Assembly (NCBI GenBank): GCA_041654895.1
Contig: JBAZCR010000002.1
Location: forward strand, 8,435 to 72,434
Length of the DNA stretch: 64,000 nt
From: Candidatus Pacearchaeota archaeon
GTDB lineage: Archaea > Nanobdellota > Nanobdellia > Pacearchaeales > GW2011-AR1
Reading direction: 5' to 3'
Each line of letters opens with the position of its first letter. Position 1 is the stretch's first letter. Below the pieces are notes generated by a model, which saw only the letters and a list, made by a program, of their open reading frames with translations, did no database searches and was not told the DNA's origin. Both the position numbers and the translations under genes were made by a program. Below are positions 1-8,324 of the stretch, in pieces.

Positions 1-120
1 TATTATCATTGGGATGTTATCGATTGTATGCAGAAAAACAAACCTTTGAAGAGAGAATTTATGAGGTCAAGGGAAGATATTTTTAATGAACTTTATTTCA
101 AAATTTTAAAAATTCTCTAA
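1..120 (+). CDS. 3' end of an unidentified CDS (partial, runs off the window start)
   Basis: Frame 1 is open from the window edge to TAA at 118-120 (...MRSREDIFNELYFKILKIL*). No recognisable motif. Confidence 0.3.
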   Translation, partial: YYHWDVIDCMQKNKPLKREFMRSREDIFNELYFKILKIL

Positions 121-187
121 TTTATTCGGTTTATTTAAAAGATTTGTCTGTAACGAAAGAGTGATATCTCATTAAATTGACATAATC

Positions 188-195
188 TTTATATA
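188..195 (+). promoter_or_regulatory. Putative TATA box of the nrdR-nrdD-nrdG operon
   Basis: TTTATATA lies about 27 nt upstream of NrdR box 1 and 90 nt upstream of the nrdR ATG. Similar TTTAAATA/TTTATATA elements precede many genes here. Confidence 0.35.
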
Positions 196-222
196 GTATT
201 TTATTTTAGAGATTATTATCTA

Positions 223-238
223 ACACAATATATTGTAC
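223..238. promoter_or_regulatory. NrdR box 1 (operator)
   Basis: ACACAATATATTGTAC. The inner 12 bp (225-236) are a perfect palindrome. By my count it matches the NrdR-box consensus acaCwAtATaTwGtgt at 14/16 positions. Confidence 0.7.
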
Positions 239-254
239 CTAAGAGGCTTGATAG

Positions 255-270
255 ATACAACTAGTTGTGT
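255..270. promoter_or_regulatory. NrdR box 2 (operator)
   Basis: ATACAACTAGTTGTGT. The inner 12 bp (257-268) are a perfect palindrome. Its centre is 32 bp from the box 1 centre, the spacing typical of tandem NrdR boxes. Confidence 0.55.
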
Positions 271-285
271 TATTATAAAATTACA

Positions 286-729
286 ATGGAATGCCCATAT
301 TGTCAATCAACAGATACAAAAGTTACGAATAAGAGAGATAGTGAAGCTGTGACTCGTAGAAGGAGGGAATGTTTGAAGTGTGGCAAGCGTTTTACAACTT
401 ATGAAAGGGTTGAATTGGATTTAAGTGTGATTAAGAAAGATGGTAGGCGTGTTCCTTTTGATAGAGATAGGGTTTATATTAGTGTAGAAAAAAATTTACA
501 AAAAAGGCCTTTTACTACAAAGGAAATTGAGGAAATTGTAGATGACATTGTTTCTAGAATTTATCGTTCAGCAAAAGATAAGGATATTAAGAGTTCTAAA
601 ATTGGTCAAATAGTCATGGATAAATTAAAAAAAGTAGACAAGGTTGCTTATATTCGGTTTGCTGCTGTTTATAGGGATTTTGCTGATTTAGATGACTTCA
701 AAGAAGAAATAAAAAAATTAACTAATTAA
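286..729 (+). CDS. nrdR: Transcriptional repressor NrdR (zinc ribbon + ATP-cone)
   Basis: MECPYCQS...CLKCGKRFTTYE zinc ribbon followed by an ATP-cone (VIKKDGRRVPFDRDRV...AYIRFAAVYRDF). The first ATG is at 286. The track start at 265 is a TTG inside NrdR box 2. Confidence 0.9.
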   Translation: MECPYCQSTDTKVTNKRDSEAVTRRRRECLKCGKRFTTYERVELDLSVIKKDGRRVPFDRDRVYISVEKNLQKRPFTTKEIEEIVDDIVSRIYRSAKDKDIKSSKIGQIVMDKLKKVDKVAYIRFAAVYRDFADLDDFKEEIKKLTN

Positions 730-730
730 A

Positions 731-2845
731 ATGATAACAAAAGTACGTAAAAGAGATGGTGATGTAGTTGTATTTGATGAAAGTAAAATTAGTTCTGCAA
801 TTTGGAAAGCAGTAAAAGCTGTTGGTGGAAAAGATAAGGAGAGATCTGATTCTCTGGCTAAATTAGTTGTAAAAAAGTTAAACGAAAAGTTTGTAGATAA
901 TTTAATTCCAAGCGTTGAAGATGTTCAGGATATGGTTGAGTCTACTTTAATTAAAGAAGGACATGATCAAGTTGCTAAGGCTTATATTTTATATAGGAAA
1001 AGTAGAGAAGAATTAAGAGACATTAAAGGTTTATTTGACACAATAGAGGCTGTAGAGGATTATATTGGCTTAAATGATTGGATGGTAAAGGAAAACTCTA
1101 ATATGGATTATTCCTTACAGGGATTGAATAATTATATATCCACTAAAATTATTTCTAATTATTGGATGAGGAGAATTTATCCTGAAGCAATTAGGAAGGT
1201 TCATGAATCAGGTGATTTACATATTCATGATTTAGGAACACTTGGTGCATATTGTGTTGGTTGGGATTTAAAGGATTTATTAACTGTTGGTTTTAGAGGT
1301 GTTAAAGGAAAAGTCGAAAGCAAACCAGCAAAACATCTTAGAACTGCCTTAATGCAAATGGTTAATTTCTTTTATACTTTACAAGGAGAAACTGCAGGAG
1401 CTCAGGCTTTTAGTAATTTTGATAGTTTACTTGCTCCATTTATTAGATATGATAATTTAGATTATAAACAAGTAAAACAATGTATGCAAGAATTTGTTTT
1501 TAATTTAGCAGTTCCTACAAGAGTTGGTTTTCAAACCCCTTTTACAAATATTACAATGGATTTAGTTGTACCAGAATATATGAAGGAAGAATATGTTGTT
1601 ATTGGTGGTCAGATTCAGAATGAAAAGTATAAGGATTTTAAAAAAGAAATGTCTTGGATAAATAGAGCTTTTGCAGAGTGTATGCTTGAAGGAGATGCAT
1701 CAGGACGTGTTTTTACATTCCCAATCCCGACTTATAATATTACTAAAGATTTTGATTGGGATAATGAAGAATATAATCTTATTTGGGAAATGACTGCAAA
1801 GTATGGTATACCTTATTTTTCAAATTTTGTTAATTCTGATATGAGTCCTGAAGATACTCGAAGTATGTGTTGTAGGTTAAGATTAGATCAAAAAGAATTG
1901 AGGAAAAGAGGAGGGGGACTTTTTGGTGCAAATCCTCAGACAGGCTCTATAGGGGTTGTTACAATAAATATGCCTCGTTTAGGTTATATTGCTATTGATG
2001 AAAAAGATTATTTTTTTAGATTAAATCGTTTAATGGAACTTGCAAAAGAATCTTTAGAAATAAAAAGAAATACTATTGAAAAATTTACTCAAATGGGTTT
2101 ATATCCTTACTCTAAATTCTATTTGAGGCAAGTAAACCAAAGATTTAATCAATTTTGGAAAAACCATTTTTCTACTATTGGACTTTTAGGGATGAATGAA
2201 TCAATTGAGAATTTTATGCCTGGAGAGAATATTACTACAGAAAAAGGTAAATTGTTTTCTTTAAAAGTTTTAGATTTTATGAGAAGTAAATTAGAAGAAT
2301 TTCAAGAAGAAACTGGAAATATTTATAATTTAGAAGCTACTCCTGGCGAAGGTACAACTTATAGATTTGCAAGAATTGATAAACAAAAGTTTGGTAAAAT
2401 TATCTGTGCTAATGAAGAATCATATAAACAAAAAAATGCTAAACCTTATTATACTAATTCGACTCAATTGCCTGTTGATTATACTGATGATTTATTTGAT
2501 GCATTAGATTTACAAGATGACTTACAATGTAAGTATACTGGTGGAACTGTTTTTCATGCTTTTGTTGGTGAAAAGATGGATAAAGAGGGTATTAAAAAAT
2601 TAGTAAGAAAAATATCAGAAAAATATCATTTGCCTTATTTTACTATTACACCAACGTTTTCTATTTGTCCAATTCATGGTTATCTATATGGAGAGCACGA
2701 ATATTGTCCAAAATGTGATGAGGAAATTCGTTTGTCTGAGCAAGAAACTAAAAGCAAAGACGATTTGTTTTTTGAAGACGATAAATTAATAGATGAGGAA
2801 ATTTTAACAGGTTTTAAAGAAAATAAAAAGGAGGTTATATACTAA
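731..2845 (+). CDS. nrdD: Anaerobic (class III) ribonucleoside-triphosphate reductase, large piece lacking the glycyl-radical loop
   Basis: N-terminal ATP-cone (VRKRDGDVVVFDESKISSAI) and a long NrdD-like core (NLEATPGEGTTYRFA, FTITPTFSICPIHG...YCPKC zinc site). The ORF stops at TAA 2843-2845, before any RVxGY motif. Confidence 0.93.
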   Translation: MITKVRKRDGDVVVFDESKISSAIWKAVKAVGGKDKERSDSLAKLVVKKLNEKFVDNLIPSVEDVQDMVESTLIKEGHDQVAKAYILYRKSREELRDIKGLFDTIEAVEDYIGLNDWMVKENSNMDYSLQGLNNYISTKIISNYWMRRIYPEAIRKVHESGDLHIHDLGTLGAYCVGWDLKDLLTVGFRGVKGKVESKPAKHLRTALMQMVNFFYTLQGETAGAQAFSNFDSLLAPFIRYDNLDYKQVKQCMQEFVFNLAVPTRVGFQTPFTNITMDLVVPEYMKEEYVVIGGQIQNEKYKDFKKEMSWINRAFAECMLEGDASGRVFTFPIPTYNITKDFDWDNEEYNLIWEMTAKYGIPYFSNFVNSDMSPEDTRSMCCRLRLDQKELRKRGGGLFGANPQTGSIGVVTINMPRLGYIAIDEKDYFFRLNRLMELAKESLEIKRNTIEKFTQMGLYPYSKFYLRQVNQRFNQFWKNHFSTIGLLGMNESIENFMPGENITTEKGKLFSLKVLDFMRSKLEEFQEETGNIYNLEATPGEGTTYRFARIDKQKFGKIICANEESYKQKNAKPYYTNSTQLPVDYTDDLFDALDLQDDLQCKYTGGTVFHAFVGEKMDKEGIKKLVRKISEKYHLPYFTITPTFSICPIHGYLYGEHEYCPKCDEEIRLSEQETKSKDDLFFEDDKLIDEEILTGFKENKKEVIY
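2830..2835 (+). promoter_or_regulatory. Shine-Dalgarno-like GGAGGT serving the 40-codon glycyl-radical ORF
   Basis: GGAGGT lies 10 nt upstream of ATG 2846, inside the last codons of nrdD. Comparable GGAGG sites precede the ORFs at 46433 and 40396(-). Confidence 0.5.
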
Positions 2846-2968
2846 ATGGTAGAAAACAGAACAAGATGTGAAGTCTGGAGTAGAGTTTGTGGTTATTTAA
2901 GACCTACTTCACGTTGGAATGATGGAAAGCTTGAAGAATTTAGAGACAGAAAACCTTTCAAAAATTAA
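2846..2968 (+). CDS. 40-aa glycyl-radical peptide of NrdD (detached C-terminal loop; not in the supplied ORF track)
   Basis: My translation is MVENRTRCEVWSRVCGYLRPTSRWNDGKLEEFRDRKPFKN*. It contains the canonical RVxGY radical glycine motif and the WNxGKxxEFxxRK tail. The ATG directly follows the nrdD TAA, in the same frame. Confidence 0.6.
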   Translation: MVENRTRCEVWSRVCGYLRPTSRWNDGKLEEFRDRKPFKN

Positions 2969-2978
2969 TTAGATTAAA

Positions 2979-3194
2979 ATGGGAGAAAAAAATATACCAA
3001 ACAGTCTAGATAGAAATTTGAATGAATTAGAATTAATTCTAACAGATTCAATGATCTTATCAGAAAATCAAAAAAAAGATAATTCTTATGTAGAATGTAA
3101 GACACTAACTGGAAATATATACAAGGCAAAAGTTGATTTTAGTGAAATCTATCCCTTATTATTAGAACAACAGTATTATTTAGATTTTAATTGA
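2979..3194 (+). CDS. Hypothetical 71-aa protein between nrdD and nrdG
   Basis: ORF only; no motif recognised. It is tightly packed in the nrd operon, with a 3-nt gap to nrdG. Confidence 0.4.
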   Translation: MGEKNIPNSLDRNLNELELILTDSMILSENQKKDNSYVECKTLTGNIYKAKVDFSEIYPLLLEQQYYLDFN

Positions 3195-3197
3195 AAA

Positions 3198-3896
3198 ATG
3201 AAAATTTGTGGATTACAGAAAACAACATTAATAGATTTTCCAGGAAAGATAGCTTGTACTATTTTTTTAAGTAATTGCAATTTTCGATGTGGTTTTTGTT
3301 ATAATGCTGATTTAGTATTTGACAAGCTTGAATTTTTCACAGAAGAATATATTTTAGATTTTTTAGATAAAAGAAAAGACAAATTAGAAGGAGTTTGTAT
3401 TAGTGGAGGAGAACCTTTATTGACTTTAGAAAAAGATTTTGTTAAAAAAATAAAAGAGATGGGTTATCTAATAAAAATTGATACAAATGGTTCTTTTCCA
3501 GAAAAATTAAATCAATTAATTCTGGATGGGTCAGTTGATTATGTTGCTATGGATATTAAAAATTCTAGAGAAAAATATAATTTAACTTGTGGAGTTAATA
3601 TTGATTTAAAGAAGATAGAAAAATCTATTAAAATTATTTCTTCTTTAGAAAATTATGAATTTAGAACAACTATTGTATCTGATTTACACAATAATGAAGA
3701 TATTAAAAAAATTGGTGAGTGGTTATTTTCTTTAATTAATAAGAAACCAAAGAATTATTTTTTACAGGGATTTAAACATGATGGTGTTTTTATTGATGAA
3801 AAATATTCTTCTTTTTTTGACACAAAGCTAAGTGATTTGGAATTAATGAAAAAAGTTGCTTTGCCTTATTTTGAGTCTGTAAATATTCGTGTTTGA
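3198..3896 (+). CDS. nrdG: Anaerobic RNR activating enzyme (radical SAM)
   Basis: CNFRCGFCYN CxxxCxxC radical-SAM cluster motif, GGEPLL SAM-binding motif, about 230 aa, directly downstream of nrdD. Confidence 0.88.
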   Translation: MKICGLQKTTLIDFPGKIACTIFLSNCNFRCGFCYNADLVFDKLEFFTEEYILDFLDKRKDKLEGVCISGGEPLLTLEKDFVKKIKEMGYLIKIDTNGSFPEKLNQLILDGSVDYVAMDIKNSREKYNLTCGVNIDLKKIEKSIKIISSLENYEFRTTIVSDLHNNEDIKKIGEWLFSLINKKPKNYFLQGFKHDGVFIDEKYSSFFDTKLSDLELMKKVALPYFESVNIRV

Positions 3897-3936
3897 TTTT
3901 AATAAAAGTTTATAAATATTAATTCTATTTAATTTT

Positions 3937-4386
3937 ATGGTTAGAAAAAAAGGGGTAAAAGTTAATAATAAAAAGCAAGAATTAGAACTTTTATGTAAAG
4001 ATGTTTGTAAAGAAAATAGAGTCTCTCGTTCTTTTGTTGTTATTCTTTCGATTATTTCTATTTTAGGTTTTGGTTCTATTATTAGTGATAGTTTTTTTAA
4101 TTATTCTATAGAAAAGTATGTTGAATCTATTTGGTTTATTATTTTGTCAATTGGTTTTATTTTTGAGTCACATCCTAGAAAATTATTTAAGAGTATTAGA
4201 AATACAATGAATGATAAAACTTTTACTGCGATTACAACTTTTATATTAGGTAGTATTGCTTTTATTGCAGGTGTTTTTACCTTGCCTTTTTTTAATATAA
4301 CAAACCCTGCTTTTTTAGCTGTTAAAGGATTACTAAGTCTTGTAGCAATATCATTTATTATTATTCAGACATGGATAATTAGATAA
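3937..4386 (+). CDS. Hypothetical integral membrane protein
   Basis: Four hydrophobic segments (VVILSIISILGFGSII, IWFIILSIGFIF, AITTFILGSIAFIAGVF, LLSLVAISFIIIQTWII). Confidence 0.5.
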   Translation: MVRKKGVKVNNKKQELELLCKDVCKENRVSRSFVVILSIISILGFGSIISDSFFNYSIEKYVESIWFIILSIGFIFESHPRKLFKSIRNTMNDKTFTAITTFILGSIAFIAGVFTLPFFNITNPAFLAVKGLLSLVAISFIIIQTWIIR

Positions 4387-4388
4387 TT

Positions 4389-4643
4389 TTATTTAAATAG
4401 TCTTAATATTATTATTAATTCAATTAAAGCTACTGTTGTTAAAATATAGCTGCCTTTTCTAAATCTATCTTTTAAATCTTGTAATTTTTCTGCATCGTTT
4501 ATTATAGAAGAAGATTTTTCTAGAAAACTTTGGTTTTCTTGTGGGGTTTCTTGAGGCATCTTGAATAACATTGCTAATAATGTAATTCCAATTGTTAGTG
4601 TTACAATAGCAATAATTAAAAGCATAAATTTACTCCACCTCAT
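4389..4643 (-). CDS. Hypothetical small membrane protein
   Basis: N- and C-terminal hydrophobic helices (LLIIAIVTLTIGITLLAMLF; ILTTVALIELIIILRLF). Confidence 0.4.
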   Translation of the reverse strand: MRWSKFMLLIIAIVTLTIGITLLAMLFKMPQETPQENQSFLEKSSSIINDAEKLQDLKDRFRKGSYILTTVALIELIIILRLFK

Positions 4644-4667
4644 AATAATTTAATTAAAATAGACTAT

Positions 4668-6371
4668 TTAATTCTTTCTTTGTTTTATTTCTTCTTTGAT
4701 TATTTTTATAAATTCTTCAGGTGAGATTATTTTTATTTCTTTTTCATCTCTCTTTTTGACGGCAATTTTATTTTCTTTTAATTCTTTTTCACCTATTGTT
4801 AAAATATAATTATATCTTTGTATTTGTGCATCTCTAACTTTTTTATTCATTGTTTCGTTTCTATCATCTAATTCTACTTCAAATCCCTCATCAAATAATT
4901 TTTTGTATATTTCTTGCGCATATTCTCTTGTGTTGTCATTTAATGTTAAAATTTTTATTTGATTTGGAGAAAGCCATAAGGGATATTTTCCGTTTAAGTG
5001 TTCTGTTATTATTCCTATGAATCTTTCAATACTTCCATAGATTACTCTATGTAGCATAATTGGCCTTTTCTCATTTCCTTTCTCATCAGTATATGTTAAA
5101 TTAAATCTTTCTGGAAGAGACATGTCTAATTGAATTGTTGAACATTGCCATGTTCTATTAAGAGAATCTTTTAAATGAAAATCAATTTTAGGTCCATAAA
5201 AAGCACCATCTCCTTTATTTATTGTATATTTCATTTTTGTTTTTATTAAAATCTTTTCTAACAATTTTTCTGACAAGTCCCAAATTTTATCATTACCAAT
5301 TCTTTTTTCAGGACGAGTTGAAAGTTCTACATGATCAAATTCTAATTTAAAATAAGAGAAAGTTTTGTTAATTAATTCTATTATCTTTTTTATTTCTTCT
5401 TCTAGTTGTTCTTCTGTACAAAAAATATGTGCATCATCTTGGTTAAATTGTATTACTCTAAATAAACCAGCTAATACTCCTGATAATTCTACTCTATGAA
5501 CTGTTCCAATTTCTCCTACTCTTAAAGGTAAATCTTTATATGATTTTGGTGAAGTTTTGTAAACTAACATTCCGCCAGGACAATTCATTGGTTTAACAAT
5601 AAAATCTCTTCCTTCATAATTTGTTTTAAAATTATTTTCTCCATATTTTGACCAGTGGCCTGATATTTCCCAGAGTTTTCTGTCCATTACTTGAGGTGTT
5701 GAAATTTCCTGGTAATTTGCTTCTCTATGTAATTCTCTCCAGAGTTGAATTAAATTATTTTTTATCTTAAGTCCTTTATTATGCCAGAATACCATACCTG
5801 GAGCAACAGGATTAAAACTCCATAAGTCCATTTTTTTCCCTATGATTCTATGGTCATTATCTTTTAATTTAGAAGTGTCTAATTTTGATTTTGATATATC
5901 TTTTAAGAATTGTTCTCTTAATTTTTCACTAATTTCTCCTTGTTTTTCTTCGTTAATATTTATTTCTCTTGATAATTCGCTTAGGGGGTGTCCCTTGACT
6001 TTTAGCTCAAATTGTTTGTAATATCCAAAGGGTGCTTTTATTACATTATATTTTTCTTTTAAAATCAAATATGTATTGTCTAAAATTTCTATTGCTGTTT
6101 GAGGGTTACCTAAATCTTTAGATAAATGTGCATAAGGATATAATACGATGTTTTTTGTTTTAAGTTGAGCTAATATTTCTTCTATGTCTTTAGTCAATAA
6201 TTCTACTGATTTTTTTACACTATCTTTTTTTTCTATTGCTATTAATACAACTAAGCATTCTTTTGATTCTCCAACTAACTCTTGATTTGGAGAAATGTCT
6301 TCTATTTGCTTTAGAGCTTTTTTTAATGCTTTAAATTTTATATAATCACAATGAAGGTTTAGTGTTTTCAT
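4668..6371 (-). CDS. thrS: Threonyl-tRNA synthetase, archaeal type with N-terminal editing domain
   Basis: Class II catalytic core (FRVIQFNQDDAHIF, GPKIDFHLKD, MLHRVIYGSIERF) and a C-terminal anticodon-binding domain. The roughly 140-aa N-terminal domain resembles the archaeal DTD-like editing domain. Confidence 0.92.
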   Translation of the reverse strand: MKTLNLHCDYIKFKALKKALKQIEDISPNQELVGESKECLVVLIAIEKKDSVKKSVELLTKDIEEILAQLKTKNIVLYPYAHLSKDLGNPQTAIEILDNTYLILKEKYNVIKAPFGYYKQFELKVKGHPLSELSREININEEKQGEISEKLREQFLKDISKSKLDTSKLKDNDHRIIGKKMDLWSFNPVAPGMVFWHNKGLKIKNNLIQLWRELHREANYQEISTPQVMDRKLWEISGHWSKYGENNFKTNYEGRDFIVKPMNCPGGMLVYKTSPKSYKDLPLRVGEIGTVHRVELSGVLAGLFRVIQFNQDDAHIFCTEEQLEEEIKKIIELINKTFSYFKLEFDHVELSTRPEKRIGNDKIWDLSEKLLEKILIKTKMKYTINKGDGAFYGPKIDFHLKDSLNRTWQCSTIQLDMSLPERFNLTYTDEKGNEKRPIMLHRVIYGSIERFIGIITEHLNGKYPLWLSPNQIKILTLNDNTREYAQEIYKKLFDEGFEVELDDRNETMNKKVRDAQIQRYNYILTIGEKELKENKIAVKKRDEKEIKIISPEEFIKIIKEEIKQRKN

Positions 6372-6460
6372 GAAAAAATAAGTTGTCTTGTGTATTTAAA
6401 TTTTGTTTTGTTTTTAATCAGAAGATTTATAAAATAGAACTACTATTTATTAATGAAAAG

Positions 6461-7408
6461 ATGGCGAAAAAGACTAAGGTTTCTGGTAACAAAAAGAAGG
6501 TAACAAAAAAAGTTTCTAAACCAAGTAAAATTTCTAATAGTAAATCTACTAAAAAAAAGGAAACAAAATCTAATTCTAATGTAAAATTATCACCTAAACA
6601 ACCTGTTGTTAATCAGACATTATTAATAGCAAATGAAAGAGATGCTGCAATGGATTTTGCTACAAAAGTTTACAAAGAATTTGATAATATGATTAAATCA
6701 ATTGTTCTTTTTGGTTCTTCTGCTAAAATGGATTTAAGAGATAAATCAGATATAGATATTATTATTTTGTTAGATGATGTTTCAATTAACTTTGATGAAG
6801 AGCTTATTTCTTGGTATAGAAAAAGGTTATCTATATTACTTAGTCAGAATAAATATGAGAGACCTTTACATATTAATACAGTTAGATTATCTACATGGTG
6901 GAGTGATTTGATTAAAGGAGATCCTGTTGTTTTAAATGTATTAAGATATGGAGAGGCTTTGATTGATTTTGGTGGTTATTTTAATCCTTTGAGAATATTA
7001 TTAAAAGAAGGTAAGATAAAATCTACTCCAGAATCTATTTATACATTACTTCAGAGAGCTCCAATGCATTTGGCTAGAGCAAATAGTGCTATGCTTTCTG
7101 TTGTCGACGGTGTTTATTGGAGTATGGTTGATTCTGCTCAGGCTGTTTTAATTGCAGCTAATATTATTCCTGCTTCACCAGAAAGTATTCCAGAGATTTT
7201 AAATCAACATTTTGTAACAAATAAGCTATTAGACAAAAAATATGTCCGTTATTATGAGACTATTTATGATTTGTCAAAAGAAATTGTTTATGGAAAGAAG
7301 ACAATAATTGAAGGTAAATATTTGGACGATTTATTTAAAATTGCAAATGATTTTTTGAGAGAAATGTCTAAATTAGTTGGGGATATAGTTAGGCAGGGTA
7401 AAAATTAG
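6461..7408 (+). CDS. Nucleotidyltransferase-fold protein (KNTase/MNT-like) with Lys-rich N-terminal tail and helical C-terminal half
   Basis: LFGSSAKMDLRDKSDIDIIILLDD matches the GS-x(n)-DxD minimal NTase motif. The first ATG is at 6461 (MAKKTKVSG). The track start at 6383 is a TTG abutting the thrS start. Confidence 0.6.
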   Translation: MAKKTKVSGNKKKVTKKVSKPSKISNSKSTKKKETKSNSNVKLSPKQPVVNQTLLIANERDAAMDFATKVYKEFDNMIKSIVLFGSSAKMDLRDKSDIDIIILLDDVSINFDEELISWYRKRLSILLSQNKYERPLHINTVRLSTWWSDLIKGDPVVLNVLRYGEALIDFGGYFNPLRILLKEGKIKSTPESIYTLLQRAPMHLARANSAMLSVVDGVYWSMVDSAQAVLIAANIIPASPESIPEILNQHFVTNKLLDKKYVRYYETIYDLSKEIVYGKKTIIEGKYLDDLFKIANDFLREMSKLVGDIVRQGKN

Positions 7409-7449
7409 TTTTAAGAAAAGATTAAATATTTAATTTTATTGTATTATTC

Positions 7450-8271
7450 ATGGCTAAGAAAAAGAAAGAGAATTATTTATTGAAGATATTTTCTTTTTTA
7501 GGTAAATGTATTTTCTTTTTGGTTAAAATTCCTTATTATATTGTAAAAAGTGTTTTATATTTAATTGATTTTTTTTCTTCAAAGGTTAAAAAAAGTAAGA
7601 TAAAAAACAAAAGAAAAAAAATCAATGCTAATTATGAAGATTTTAAATTATTGAAATTAAATAGTGGGAACTATGATGATTGGTTAAAGCAGGTTTTTAA
7701 TTCAGATAGTAAGATTGGGATTATTCTTGGTGCAAGAGGTTCTGGAAAAACAGCTTTTGGAGTTCGGCTTTTAGAAAATATTTATTTTAAGAAGAAAAAA
7801 GAATGTTTTGCTATGGGCTTTAATGAAAAGGATTTGCCTTCTTGGATTTATTCAATAGATGAAATTGACGAAGTTAAAAATAATTCTTTAGTTTTAATTG
7901 ACGAGGGAGGAATTTTATTTAATTCAAGGAGTTCAATGAAGAGTTCAAATAAATTATTAAGTGAATTAATTTTGATATCAAGACATAAAAATATTAGTAT
8001 TATATTTATTTCTCAGAATTCTTCTAATTTGGATGTTAATATTTTAAGACAAGCTGATTTTTTGATACTAAAACAATCTGCATTATTACAAAAAGATTTT
8101 GAGCGAAAAATTGTTCAGAAGATTTATCAAGAAAATGAAGATGATTTTAAAAAATTTAAAAATAAAAAAGGTTTAGCACTAATTTATTCAGATCAATTCA
8201 AAGGTTTTGTAGAAGGTAGTTTGCCTAGTTTTTGGAAAGAGAGTATTAGTAAGAGTTGGTCTAAGAATTAA
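7450..8271 (+). CDS. Membrane-anchored P-loop NTPase (Zot/HerA-FtsK-like, tentative)
   Basis: Walker A GARGSGKT, Walker B LVLIDEGG, and SRHKNISIIFISQNSS reminiscent of Zot/HerA-type ATPases. N-terminal hydrophobic segment (IFSFLGKCIFFLVKIPYYIV). Confidence 0.5.
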   Translation: MAKKKKENYLLKIFSFLGKCIFFLVKIPYYIVKSVLYLIDFFSSKVKKSKIKNKRKKINANYEDFKLLKLNSGNYDDWLKQVFNSDSKIGIILGARGSGKTAFGVRLLENIYFKKKKECFAMGFNEKDLPSWIYSIDEIDEVKNNSLVLIDEGGILFNSRSSMKSSNKLLSELILISRHKNISIIFISQNSSNLDVNILRQADFLILKQSALLQKDFERKIVQKIYQENEDDFKKFKNKKGLALIYSDQFKGFVEGSLPSFWKESISKSWSKN

Positions 8272-8324
8272 CTAAAGAATAACATTTAAATAATTTTGGA
8301 ATTGATGCAGAAAAATATGAAAAA

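Noticed and set aside
265-285. TTG/GTG-extended N-termini proposed by the ORF track at 265, 6383, 12457(-), 12460, 16540, 24201, 39878, 40819, 43741, 46006 and 52945.
   Set aside because: In each case a nearby in-frame ATG gives a protein that begins at the conserved N-terminus. The extension overlaps an operator, a promoter or a neighbouring gene.
2843-2845. Stop-codon reassignment (TAA read as sense) as the explanation for the interrupted nrdD.
   Set aside because: TAA terminates many clearly complete genes in the window (for example nrdR, rpoB, rpoA and the small radical ORF itself). All long ORFs are intact under the standard code.
731-2845. An intein or intron in nrdD (and likewise in rpoA or rpoB) accounting for unusual lengths or the interruption.
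   Set aside because: No intein splicing blocks or homing-endonuclease motifs were seen. The nrdD break is a single stop codon followed directly by ATG, not an inserted element.
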